Assembly (NCBI GenBank): GCA_017556745.1
Contig: JAFYMF010000057.1
Coordinates: 3,485-67,484 of the forward strand
Direction of reading: 5' to 3'
DNA length: 64,000 nt
Origin: Clostridia bacterium
GTDB lineage: Bacteria > Bacillota > Clostridia > Oscillospirales > CAG-272
Shown here: piece after piece, positions 10,712 to 20,318 of the stretch
Position numbering within the stretch: position 1 is the first letter of the stretch
Layout: every line of letters begins with the position of its first letter
Program-made: the position numbers and the translations under genes
The notes under the pieces: model-generated
Told to the model about the DNA's origin: nothing
What the model saw: the letters and a program-made list of their open reading frames with translations, nothing else
Database searches by the model: none

Positions 10712-10749
10712 TCTATAATATCGCCCGACCTATTTCGGACTCCTCCGTT

Positions 10750-12069
10750 TCAAATATCGTTCTTGATATTATCAATCATCTCAAGAGAACGCTGTGCGTA
10801 TTTTTCATATCTTGCTTTTTTACCACCTTTTACCTTCTCGGTAAGAGGAGCTATTATACCGAAATTGGCATTCATTGGCTGAAAATCACCGGTGCCGCCG
10901 TTTGAAACGTAAGCCGCCATAGCACCTATCTCAGTCTCTCTCGGGAAAATAAACGGATCATCGCCAAGAACTCGCCTTGCAGCATTTATCCCAGCAACAA
11001 AACCCGATGCCGCCGATTCTATATATCCCTCAACACCGGTCATCTGCCCCGCGAAGAACACGTTAGGAGAAGAAATAAGGGAATAATCGGGAGACAAAAG
11101 TCCCGGAGAATTGATATAGGTATTTCTGTGCATAACGCCATAACGCACAAATTCCGCAGACTCAAGACCGGGAATCATAGAGAATACTCTCTTCTGTTCA
11201 GGGAATGCAAGATGTGTCTGAAAGCCAACAAGATTGTATAATGTTCCCTCGTCATTTTCTCGACGGAGCTGAACAACAGCATAAGCTTCTTTTCCTGTTT
11301 TGGGATCAGGAAGTCCAACCGGCTTTAGGGGGCCAAAGCAAAGAGTCTCAAAGCCTCTCCTTGCCATTACCTCTACAGGCATACAGCCCTCGAATACCTT
11401 AATATCTTTCTGACTCTCTTTATCAAAATCATGGAGCTCTGCTTCTCTTGCAGTTATGAGAGCATTATAAAACTCAGTATATTGCTCTTTTGTCATGGGG
11501 CAATTTATATAGTCACTGCCGCCTTTGCCGTATCTGGAGGCCATAAAAGCAATATCCATATTGATACTATCAGCAGATACAATAGGAGCCGCAGCATCAA
11601 AGAAATGGAGTTTTCCGCATCCAAGCTTTTGTTCAATAAACTCAGACATTTTATCAGAGGTAAGAGGTCCTGTAGCTACAACTGTAACAGCATCCGGATC
11701 TATTCCGTCAGCCTCAGAATTCACTACCTCGATATTGGGGTGAGATAATATTTTTTCGGTAATATAATCGGAAAACTTGTATCTATCAACCGCAAGAGCA
11801 CCGCCTGCGGCTACCTTAGTAGCCTCTGCAGCCTCCATGATAAGAGAGTTCATACGTCTGAGCTCTTCCTTAAGCAGACCGATGGCATTAGTAACTATAT
11901 CAGCTCTGAGAGAGTTAGAGCAAACAAGTTCTGCCATACCCTTATATTTATGCGCAGGGGAATATTTTTCAGGCTTCATTTCAATAAGACGAACAGATAC
12001 TCCTCGTTCTGCCGCCTGCCAAGCAGCTTCACACCCTGCAAGTCCGGCACCAATAATATTAAGCTTCAT
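10750..12069 (-). CDS. trmFO: methylenetetrahydrofolate--tRNA-(uracil-5-)-methyltransferase TrmFO
   Basis: 439 aa with FAD motif IIGAGLAGCEAA (short GidA-related form). Lies immediately downstream of topA, as in other Firmicutes. Confidence 0.95.
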   Translation of the reverse strand: MKLNIIGAGLAGCEAAWQAAERGVSVRLIEMKPEKYSPAHKYKGMAELVCSNSLRADIVTNAIGLLKEELRRMNSLIMEAAEATKVAAGGALAVDRYKFSDYITEKILSHPNIEVVNSEADGIDPDAVTVVATGPLTSDKMSEFIEQKLGCGKLHFFDAAAPIVSADSINMDIAFMASRYGKGGSDYINCPMTKEQYTEFYNALITAREAELHDFDKESQKDIKVFEGCMPVEVMARRGFETLCFGPLKPVGLPDPKTGKEAYAVVQLRRENDEGTLYNLVGFQTHLAFPEQKRVFSMIPGLESAEFVRYGVMHRNTYINSPGLLSPDYSLISSPNVFFAGQMTGVEGYIESAASGFVAGINAARRVLGDDPFIFPRETEIGAMAAYVSNGGTGDFQPMNANFGIIAPLTEKVKGGKKARYEKYAQRSLEMIDNIKNDI

Positions 12070-14332
12070 TTTTTGTAGATTCCGTTTCTTGCTTATAGTT
12101 ACAATCCTTATTTGAACAAACTATAAGATTCTTACCTTTCTTCTTGAAAAGCATCTGACCACAATCAGGACACTTTTTGTCAAGAGGAAGATCCCATGAA
12201 GAGAAATCGCACTCAGGGTACTTTTCACATCCATAGTAAATATTCTTTTTCTTTCCGTATCTGGTAACTATCTTTGAACCACACTTGGGACAAGCAACAC
12301 CTATCTCCTTGTTGTGAGGCTTAGTTGATTTACATTTAGGATAGTTTACACAAGCATAAAAGCTTCCGTATCTTCCTGTTCTGAGAACCATGTCTCCACC
12401 GCAAATCTCACATTTGAAATCTGCAGCAACAAGTTCCTTTTCCTTTTTGACAACAGGCTGTCCATCCTTACCAAGTGGCTTAGTATTTTTACACTCAGGG
12501 TAATTGGGACAAGCGGCAAACTTACCGAAACGACCGTTTTTGACCACCATCTTGCTTCCGCACTTGTCGCATATAATATCAGTTTCCTCAGCAGGAATCT
12601 CTATACTCTTCTTCTTAGAATTCTCACTTGCCGCATCAAGTTCCTTTTTGAAAACAAGATAGAAATCGTTAAGTACCTCGTCCATAGTAGCTGTACCGTT
12701 TTCTATTTCATCAAGACGGGTCTCCATTCGTGCGGTGAAAGCGTAGTCAACGATTTCAGGGAAATTCTCTACCATTATCTCGGTTGTTATCTCACCGAGT
12801 TCAGTAGGAACAAGGGATTTACCGTCCCTCTTTACATAAGAACGCGCAACAATAGTTGTTATGATGGGAGTATAGGTACTGGGACGTCCGATACCTTTCT
12901 CCTCAAGGAACTTGATAAGAGAAGCTTCTGTGTATCTTGCCGGAGGCTCGGTAAACTTCTGCTGAGGATCTATATTATCAAGGGCAAGGAGCTCACCTTC
13001 ATTGAGCGCAGGAAGTCTGGTACTCTTCTGAGGAAGCTCGTCATCACCGCTCTTCTCATCTTCTTCCTCTTCATATACCGCCATATAACCGCGGAATGTA
13101 ACGGTATAACCACTGGATCTAAAGATATATCCGCCAGACTCAAAATCAACAGAAACGGTATCAAGCACAGCACAAGCCATTTGACTGGCAATGAATCTAT
13201 CCCAAATAAGCTTGTAAAGCTTATACTGATCAGAGGTAAGGAGTTTTTTTATCTTTGCAGGCTCAAAACCAAGGTTAACGGGACGAACTGCTTCGTGCGC
13301 ATCCTGGGCATTAGCTTTCTGAGAATACACTCTGGGATTCTCAGGATAAAATTCATCACCGAACTTGTCCCTAATATACTCTCTGGCCGCGTTAGTTGCA
13401 TCAGCCGAAATTCTAAGAGAGTCAGTACGCATATAGGTTATGAGACCGTGTACACCACCAAACTCCGGGCCGAGATTAATACCTTCGTAAAGCTCCTGAG
13501 CTATTCTCATAATACGCTGTGACTGGAAACCAAGCTTCTTAGAAGCCTCCTGCTGCATGGTTGAGGTTGTAAACGGAGGAGCAGGCATCTTCTGTTTAGT
13601 AGCTTTTTTAACCTTTGAAACAACAAAATCACTATTGTTTATCGCGGAAAGAACACGATTTGCATCATCCTCGCAGGTAAGAGATAACTTACCGTTTTTA
13701 TCACCAAAGAATCTTGCCTTTAATGTTTTGTTCTTTGTATTATGAAGAGAAACATCAATGGTCCAGTATTCCTCGGGAATAAATGCACGGATCTCATTTT
13801 CTCTCTCAACGATTATTCTGGTAGCAACAGACTGTACGCGTCCTGCGGAAAGACCGCTCTTAACAGTGCTCCAAAGGAACGGACTTATCTTGTAACCAAC
13901 TATTCTATCAAGGATACGTCTTGTCTGCTGAGCATTTACAAGATCCATGTCTATAGTACGCGGAGATTTTACCGCTTCTTTAACAGCGGATTTTGTAAGC
14001 TCGTTAAATGCTATTCTCTTCGTGTTTTTTTCATTAAGTCCAAGTGCATTGGACAAATGCCAAGAAATAGCCTCTCCCTCTCGATCAGGGTCGGTTGCAA
14101 GGAAAACTGTATTCGCACTCTTAGCTTCCTTTTTAAGTTCTTTAATAAGATCGCCTTTACCGCGGATATTGATATAATGAGGTTCAAAACCATTTTCAAT
14201 ATCAACACCAAGAGTACTTTTGGGAAGATCGCGAACATGACCCTTAGATGCGATAACTCTGTAGTTTGAACCGAGATATCCCTTGATAGTATTAATCTTT
14301 GCAGGTGACTCCAAAATAATAAGATTTGCCAT
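12059..14332 (-). CDS. topA: DNA topoisomerase I
   Basis: 757 aa with Toprim N-terminus LIILESPAK, the type IA core and a C-terminal array of CxxC...CxxC zinc ribbons. Confidence 0.95.
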   Translation of the reverse strand: MANLIILESPAKINTIKGYLGSNYRVIASKGHVRDLPKSTLGVDIENGFEPHYINIRGKGDLIKELKKEAKSANTVFLATDPDREGEAISWHLSNALGLNEKNTKRIAFNELTKSAVKEAVKSPRTIDMDLVNAQQTRRILDRIVGYKISPFLWSTVKSGLSAGRVQSVATRIIVERENEIRAFIPEEYWTIDVSLHNTKNKTLKARFFGDKNGKLSLTCEDDANRVLSAINNSDFVVSKVKKATKQKMPAPPFTTSTMQQEASKKLGFQSQRIMRIAQELYEGINLGPEFGGVHGLITYMRTDSLRISADATNAAREYIRDKFGDEFYPENPRVYSQKANAQDAHEAVRPVNLGFEPAKIKKLLTSDQYKLYKLIWDRFIASQMACAVLDTVSVDFESGGYIFRSSGYTVTFRGYMAVYEEEEDEKSGDDELPQKSTRLPALNEGELLALDNIDPQQKFTEPPARYTEASLIKFLEEKGIGRPSTYTPIITTIVARSYVKRDGKSLVPTELGEITTEIMVENFPEIVDYAFTARMETRLDEIENGTATMDEVLNDFYLVFKKELDAASENSKKKSIEIPAEETDIICDKCGSKMVVKNGRFGKFAACPNYPECKNTKPLGKDGQPVVKKEKELVAADFKCEICGGDMVLRTGRYGSFYACVNYPKCKSTKPHNKEIGVACPKCGSKIVTRYGKKKNIYYGCEKYPECDFSSWDLPLDKKCPDCGQMLFKKKGKNLIVCSNKDCNYKQETESTKNEA

Positions 14333-14396
14333 GTAATATTGAACTCAGCACCCGAGTAGGTGTTTCCCTTCTTGTAATTTTATATAAAGATAAATA

Positions 14397-15719
14397 TTAT
14401 TTACGTTTGTAATATCCGCCCGGCATAGCCTCAATAAGCCCCTCTATCTCAAGCATAGTGAGAGAGGTAAGTATGTCAGACGCAGACATATCTTCAGAAC
14501 AAAGATCGTCAACTGTAACGCCAGAATCACCCTTCAGTTTAGCAAATACCTTTCTGTCGGTATCCGTCATCGTGTCGAGCTTCTTGCTTATTACTGTATT
14601 GTCGGGTTTTGATTCAGGTTCTATCTCCGATTTTTTACCAAGAAATTTAAGAATCTTTTTCTTCTCCTTTTTTTCATCCACTCGATGTATGGATTCGGAA
14701 GAAGAATCTCTGTTATAGAAACCCGTTTCCTCAGGGTGCGGAGACGCCACCTTCCTCGGAAGAAATACATGATCGTCAGTTTCAAAAATTTGTTTACGCA
14801 TACGCTTCATTCTTTCAAGATCAAGCGTAAACGGATATGCCGCAATATACTCGGTCAAAATATCCTCAGCGCAAGTAACAAGTCTTGCCCCGTTTTTCAA
14901 AAGTGAATTAGGAGCATAGCTCATAGGTGAATAAATATCACCCGGCACAGCAAATATATCTCGCCCTTGAACAAGTGCGTGCTTTGCAGTAATAAGAGCA
15001 CCGCTCTTAAAATCCCCCTCCACAACAACAGTTCCTTGACAGAGACCACTTATAATGCGGTTTCTCTGTGGAAAATTATATCCTTTCGGTTCTGTGTGAG
15101 GAGGATATTCAGTCATAACTGTACCGCTGATTGTAATTCGGTTCATCAAGTCCTCATGCTGAGGAGGATAAACGACATCGATTCCACATCCAAGGATAGC
15201 AACTGTATGACCACCAACATCAATAGCGCCCTTGGCAACAAGTGAGTCAATGCCAAGTGCCATTCCGCTGACAGTAACCGCCCCTGCAAAGGTAAGATCC
15301 CTCGAAATATTATACGCCGCACGCCTGCCGGAATTTGTCGCATGTCTGGTACCAACCATGGCAATACATACCGTATTATCAAAATCAGGAAGGATCCCCT
15401 TGTAATAAAGGATCACAGGCGGTGAATCGATTCTTCTGAGTCTTGTGGGATATAATTTATCGTGAATGGAGAGAAGCCCGATTTTGTTCTTAATACAGAA
15501 TTTTATGATCGAACGTGCATTATCAAGATCCTTATTACAGAGGGCTGACTTTTGTACATCAGAGAGAAAGTCAAGAGAACGTATCTCCTCATCATCAGCG
15601 TTATAAATCGAATAGGCATCGTCATAATGTGAAAAGAGTTTGGGCGGAGCAGTAGATACAGGCCCACAGGCAAGAGATAACCATATATAGTATACAGTAT
15701 CCTTTTCCAATCTTTTCAC
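14397..15719 (-). CDS. dprA: DNA-processing protein DprA (long form)
   Basis: 440 aa with the DprA Rossmann-like core (VGTRHATNSGRRAA, GMALGIDS, VVEGDFKSGALITA). This is followed by a Lys/Glu-rich linker and a C-terminal winged-helix-like tail. Confidence 0.85.
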   Translation of the reverse strand: MKRLEKDTVYYIWLSLACGPVSTAPPKLFSHYDDAYSIYNADDEEIRSLDFLSDVQKSALCNKDLDNARSIIKFCIKNKIGLLSIHDKLYPTRLRRIDSPPVILYYKGILPDFDNTVCIAMVGTRHATNSGRRAAYNISRDLTFAGAVTVSGMALGIDSLVAKGAIDVGGHTVAILGCGIDVVYPPQHEDLMNRITISGTVMTEYPPHTEPKGYNFPQRNRIISGLCQGTVVVEGDFKSGALITAKHALVQGRDIFAVPGDIYSPMSYAPNSLLKNGARLVTCAEDILTEYIAAYPFTLDLERMKRMRKQIFETDDHVFLPRKVASPHPEETGFYNRDSSSESIHRVDEKKEKKKILKFLGKKSEIEPESKPDNTVISKKLDTMTDTDRKVFAKLKGDSGVTVDDLCSEDMSASDILTSLTMLEIEGLIEAMPGGYYKRK

Positions 15720-15731
15720 CTCACAAATAGT

Positions 15732-16559
15732 TTATAAAAGCTTACTGTACTGTGTCCAAAGACATACAGAAGCGGCAACTCCTGCATTAAGAGACTCAGT
15801 CTTATCTGTCATTGGGATAAAAACACTGTCACTGCAAAGAACAGATAAATGTTCAGGAATTCCTTTTCCCTCGTTACCGATAAAGAAAACGTCACTACCG
15901 AGAATTTCAATATCCGATAACCTCACGGAATCACTTTTAAGTTCAGCTGAGAAAACACGTCGTCCGAGAGATGTCAACTTTTCAATGGCAAGAGCTGTAT
16001 CACTTACATAATCCACATTAAGAGAAAGTGCCGCCCCCATTGATGCGCGCAAAACCTTAGGATTTGTAATATCAGCGCAACTGCCGCCACATATTATTCT
16101 ATCAATGCCGAACGCGGCCCCGGAACGCAAAATAGTCCCCATGTTACCGGGGTCCTGAATGCTATCAAGAAGAAGTATTCTTTCGTTAGAAGAAATTTCA
16201 TCATTATATATTTTAGTGAAAAGTTTCCATTTGTCAAGATGATTTATTTCAGCAATTATTCCCTGTGGTGCTTTTTCATCTGAAATTTTCATAAAGCAGG
16301 ACTCGGACAGAACAACAGTTCTGTCCGAGTATTCTTTTGAAATAATACCTATAACATCACAAGGAAGCTTCTCATAAAGAGTCTCACATAGATACACCTT
16401 AACAATATCTGCTTTCTTCTGGCGTGCCTCCATAAAAAGCTTGTAACCATCCAGCAGAAACACCCTTTCAGCATCGCGAAACTTCTTTTCTCTGAGCTTA
16501 TGGACGCGAAGAACCGTAGGATTCTGACGTCCGGTTATTACGTTGTCGGTAAATTTCAT
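15732..16559 (-). CDS. TrmH/SpoU family RNA 2'-O-methyltransferase
   Basis: 275 aa with SpoU motifs LLLDSIQDPGNMGTILRSGAAFG, FIGNEGKGI and SLNAGVAASV. Confidence 0.8.
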   Translation of the reverse strand: MKFTDNVITGRQNPTVLRVHKLREKKFRDAERVFLLDGYKLFMEARQKKADIVKVYLCETLYEKLPCDVIGIISKEYSDRTVVLSESCFMKISDEKAPQGIIAEINHLDKWKLFTKIYNDEISSNERILLLDSIQDPGNMGTILRSGAAFGIDRIICGGSCADITNPKVLRASMGAALSLNVDYVSDTALAIEKLTSLGRRVFSAELKSDSVRLSDIEILGSDVFFIGNEGKGIPEHLSVLCSDSVFIPMTDKTESLNAGVAASVCLWTQYSKLL

Positions 16560-16578
16560 ACTCTACCCTCTCGCAAAG

Positions 16579-17841
16579 TTATTTATCCTGATAAAAATCA
16601 GGGAGAAACTCTTTGCTGATAGTATTTGTTACATATTTTATCGCCTTATCATAGGTAAATCCGGGGTCATCTGCAAGACAACCGTGAGATGCAGCAAGCT
16701 CCTCACTGTAATTTTCAAGCTGATACACCTGGAGTCCGCGGCGAGACATATTAAAATGAGTTATTGTTGGAATAAGCATGGGGGAATCTATGTACGGTTC
16801 CCCTCCTTCTTCCTTGATAATATTAAAAGTTGCAAGACCGCCTACCATATATTTTCCGTAAAGCATTGTGGAAATAAGATTACCGAGAGAATAAATGAGA
16901 AGCATTCTTGAGCCATCATCCCTCTCTACCCACTTCATTTCCTGAAGAACGTGGGGATGATGTCCGATAACTACGTCAACTCCGTTATCCGCAAGAAGCT
17001 GAGCAAGTCTTCTTTGTTTTGCTGTTGTAGTAAATGAACCTTCATTGCTTTCATCCCAATGCATCGAAACGAAAATAAGATCAGCTACCTCTTTTGCGGC
17101 GTTTATCTGAAAAAGTATATCTTCTTCGTTGTTAATATCGGGAATGTAGAGCTTGCTTCCGCGATCAAGAGATTTGCCATAGTTGATAAAGCCAAAGGAA
17201 AGCATGGCAATCTTTATTCCATCTTGCTCGTATACTCTTATATTCTCAAAATCTTCTCGATTTCTGTAGCCACCAATCTGCAACACCGGCTGTGTATCAA
17301 AGAAATCGATAGTTCCCTCAAGACCCGCGGCACCGTAATCAAGCATATGATTGCTCGCAATATTAACAATATCAAATCCAACATCTACAATCGCACGTCC
17401 CATATCCTGTGGAGAATTAAAATCGGGATACCCTGTATATTTTCCACCGGATACACTCTTATCCGCCATCATAGTCTCTTGGTTTATAAACGCAATATCT
17501 GCGTTTCCGATGAGAGGAGCGATATCATTATACATTGGAACAAAATTATACTCGAGAGATGTTTCCGTTGCTCTGTTAAGTGCATCGGTATAAACATTGG
17601 TATGACCGATATTATCACCTGCGGCAATAAAAGTAAGTCTCACCGTTTTATCCACCGGCTCCGCTGTAGTTTCCTCAGGTTCTGTCGTAGAATCCGTGCT
17701 ATTCAAAGGTGCGGACGTATCCTGATGTAAGGACGTATCCTCCGTATTTCCGATATCTGCACGACCGCAAGACACAGAGGAAAACATCATAAACATAGCC
17801 ATAATCAACGAAATTATTTTTATGGTACTTTTATTAAACAT
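16579..17841 (-). CDS. CapA family (PGA_cap metallophosphatase-like) lipoprotein
   Basis: 420 aa with a signal peptide and lipobox-like SSVSCG. Has metallophosphatase/CapA motifs AAGDNIGH, IASNHMLDYG and VIGHHPHV. Confidence 0.75.
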   Translation of the reverse strand: MFNKSTIKIISLIMAMFMMFSSVSCGRADIGNTEDTSLHQDTSAPLNSTDSTTEPEETTAEPVDKTVRLTFIAAGDNIGHTNVYTDALNRATETSLEYNFVPMYNDIAPLIGNADIAFINQETMMADKSVSGGKYTGYPDFNSPQDMGRAIVDVGFDIVNIASNHMLDYGAAGLEGTIDFFDTQPVLQIGGYRNREDFENIRVYEQDGIKIAMLSFGFINYGKSLDRGSKLYIPDINNEEDILFQINAAKEVADLIFVSMHWDESNEGSFTTTAKQRRLAQLLADNGVDVVIGHHPHVLQEMKWVERDDGSRMLLIYSLGNLISTMLYGKYMVGGLATFNIIKEEGGEPYIDSPMLIPTITHFNMSRRGLQVYQLENYSEELAASHGCLADDPGFTYDKAIKYVTNTISKEFLPDFYQDK

Positions 17842-17900
17842 CTTTTCTCCGTTTCATATAACTTTCACGGGAACGTGAATATGTTACTAATCAAAACAAA

Positions 17901-19385
17901 TTATACGTTACAAATCTTTCTGAATTTGAAATAAGCTTCATCCCAACGGTCCTTTGATGAAAGATCGGGTTCAAATGTCTTTATTTCAAAGGAGTTACGA
18001 ACTACCTCTCTCGCTTCCGCCACATTTTTAATCTCACCTGCAGCAATTGCCTGCTCTGCAATATTACCTACAGCAGTAGCTTCAACAGGGCCGGTGATTA
18101 CGGGAATACCGCAAGCATTAGCCGCAAGCTGAGAAAGAGGCTCTTCTTTGGTACCGCCGCCAACAATATTAAGCTCCGCTGTCTTCTGTCCGCTGACTTC
18201 TTCGATTCTATCGAGAGTAAGGCGGTATCTGAGTGCAAGGCTATCAAAAATACAACGAACGATCTCACCCATTGTTTCGGGAACAGCCTGTCCTGTGGAC
18301 TTACAGAAATCAGCTATACGCTTAGGCATATTACCGGGAGGAGCAAAAAGCACGTCATCGGGATTAATAAAGCACTTAAAGGGTTCGGATGCCATAGCCA
18401 TATTTGAAAGATCGTTAAAGGAAACAGTCTTTCCTTCCCTCTCCCACTGTCTCTTAGACTCCTGCTCAAGCCAAAGACCCATTATGTTCTGCATAAATCT
18501 GATGGTCTTTTCTGCTCCGCCTTCGTTAGTGAAGTCATTGAGCTGAGCCTTTTCAGTAAGACAAGGATACTTGAGCTCGCATCCCATAAGTGACCAGGTA
18601 CCGCTGCTGAGATACACGAAATTCTCACTCTTAGCAGGAACTGCAATAACAGCACTTGCTGTATCGTGAGATGCAATATTTATTACTTTTGCATCGATAC
18701 TTCCAACCTCTTCAAGAATAGCACCTGAAAGGCCACCTACAACTGTACCGGGATGTACAAGATTACCAAAAAGTTTCTCCGGGATACCGAACTTCTTTAT
18801 GAGATCAAAAGCATAATCTCTCTTAGCGGCATCAAGAATCATACCTGTAGAACTGATGGTGTACTCAGACTGCTTTATCCCGGTAAGAAAATAGTTAAGT
18901 AAATCAGGGGTAAAGAGAAGATTCTCTGCCATCTCAAGAACAGCTTCGTTCTCTTTCTTAGCAGCAATAAGCTGATAAAGAGTATTAAAATAGATAGACT
19001 GAATACCGGTTATAGAATATGCCTCGCGCTTAGAAACGATGGAATGAGCATAATCGATAATACCGTCAGTACGACTGTCTCTGTAATGTACCGGAACGGA
19101 GATAAGCTTACCATTCTTATCAAGAAGTCCGTAGTCTACACCCCAAGTATCGATACCTATACTCTTGATATCCTTATCATCTCCAACAGCACACTTTCTG
19201 ATAGCATTTTTGATCTCATGGAGAATACGGAGTGTATCCCAGTGAAGTGTACCTGCTATATTTACGGGATCATTGGGAAAACGGTGTATTTCACGAAGAC
19301 CCAGTTTTTCACCGTCGAAAGTACCTACAATTCCTCTTCCGCTTGATGCGCCAAGGTCTATTGCCAACATTTTAAGTTCTGACAT
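17901..19385 (-). CDS. rhaB: rhamnulokinase-like FGGY carbohydrate kinase
   Basis: 494 aa. The N-terminus AIDLGASSGRGIVG...LREIHRFPN...IGIDTWGVDYGLLD closely parallels E. coli RhaB as I recall it. Shows FGGY two-domain architecture. Confidence 0.8.
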   Translation of the reverse strand: MSELKMLAIDLGASSGRGIVGTFDGEKLGLREIHRFPNDPVNIAGTLHWDTLRILHEIKNAIRKCAVGDDKDIKSIGIDTWGVDYGLLDKNGKLISVPVHYRDSRTDGIIDYAHSIVSKREAYSITGIQSIYFNTLYQLIAAKKENEAVLEMAENLLFTPDLLNYFLTGIKQSEYTISSTGMILDAAKRDYAFDLIKKFGIPEKLFGNLVHPGTVVGGLSGAILEEVGSIDAKVINIASHDTASAVIAVPAKSENFVYLSSGTWSLMGCELKYPCLTEKAQLNDFTNEGGAEKTIRFMQNIMGLWLEQESKRQWEREGKTVSFNDLSNMAMASEPFKCFINPDDVLFAPPGNMPKRIADFCKSTGQAVPETMGEIVRCIFDSLALRYRLTLDRIEEVSGQKTAELNIVGGGTKEEPLSQLAANACGIPVITGPVEATAVGNIAEQAIAAGEIKNVAEAREVVRNSFEIKTFEPDLSSKDRWDEAYFKFRKICNV

Positions 19386-19417
19386 AGCATGATCTCCTTT
19401 TTATCTATAATTCCTTC

Positions 19418-20275
19418 TTATTTGATCTCTTCAATGCACTTGCGAAGTGCCTCTACACCTGCCGCAAAAGCGGTCTCTGCATCAGAATATTTATTGGTTA
19501 TCTGTGTCTTCTCTCCGGCCTCAAGACCTGCAAGTCCTGAAAACTCCCAAAGATGAGGTTCGAGAGTAACTATAAGATCGCCCTCCCTTTTATTTGCATC
19601 ACGAAGAACCTCTCTTACACAGCCGATTCCTTCACCCGCAGCACAGATCTCTCCTGTGTTGTCAGCATCCTTTATGTGGAGATAGAACAACTTATCCTCA
19701 AGCATCTTAAATGCATGCGGATATACTTCAACGTGTCTCTGAACAAAGTTTGCAGGATCAAAAACACACTTGAGTCTGCCATCAAATGCATTGATTATCT
19801 CAAGACAATTTTCAGGAGTATCACCGTAAATACCTTTTTCATTCTCGTGGCAAAGGTAAATATTTTCCTTATCGGCAATCTCAAGCATCATACCAAGACG
19901 GTCAATTACCTCGTTCTTGTAGGGAGAATAATCGGTAGTATCTGCAGGCATATAGAAGCTGAACATTCTTATTCTGTCTGTGCCGAGAATATGGGCAGTA
20001 TTGATAACTCTCTTGAGCTTTTCAATATGCTCGTCCATAGGATCGGTTATCTTTATCTTTCCGATGGGAGAACCGATAGCAGAAAGACCAATACCGCCTG
20101 CGCGAAGTTTTTCTGCCGCTTCCTTTGCCTGAACCTCTGTAAGATCACCTACATTGGTACCGGACACACCGCGAATCTCCATAAGCGGAATACCGAATTT
20201 ATTCAGCGCAGCTATCTGCGTATCAAAATCACTTGAAAATTCATCTGAAAATGCACTTAAAATAATGTTTGCCAT
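19418..20275 (-). CDS. sugar phosphate isomerase/epimerase (xylose-isomerase-like TIM barrel)
   Basis: 285 aa with length and pattern (HENE..., HIKD..., TLEPH) typical of the AP_endonuc_2/TIM-barrel family. Substrate unknown. Confidence 0.65.
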   Translation of the reverse strand: MANIILSAFSDEFSSDFDTQIAALNKFGIPLMEIRGVSGTNVGDLTEVQAKEAAEKLRAGGIGLSAIGSPIGKIKITDPMDEHIEKLKRVINTAHILGTDRIRMFSFYMPADTTDYSPYKNEVIDRLGMMLEIADKENIYLCHENEKGIYGDTPENCLEIINAFDGRLKCVFDPANFVQRHVEVYPHAFKMLEDKLFYLHIKDADNTGEICAAGEGIGCVREVLRDANKREGDLIVTLEPHLWEFSGLAGLEAGEKTQITNKYSDAETAFAAGVEALRKCIEEIK

Positions 20276-20318
20276 TTTTATTTACACCTTCCCTTTTTCA
20301 TTAGATCAAAGAATAAGA

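Noticed and set aside
14333-14396. Possible terminator or promoter in the dprA-topA gap
   Set aside because: Only a 4-bp CACC/GGTG stem is present, with no U-run and no convincing -35/-10 pair. The evidence is insufficient.
17713-17741. 11-nt direct repeat GGACGTATCCT occurring twice, 18 nt apart
   Set aside because: It lies in the low-complexity signal-peptide-proximal linker of the CapA-family lipoprotein, where it encodes a repeated DTS motif. This is a trivial in-frame duplication, not a regulatory or mobile-element repeat.
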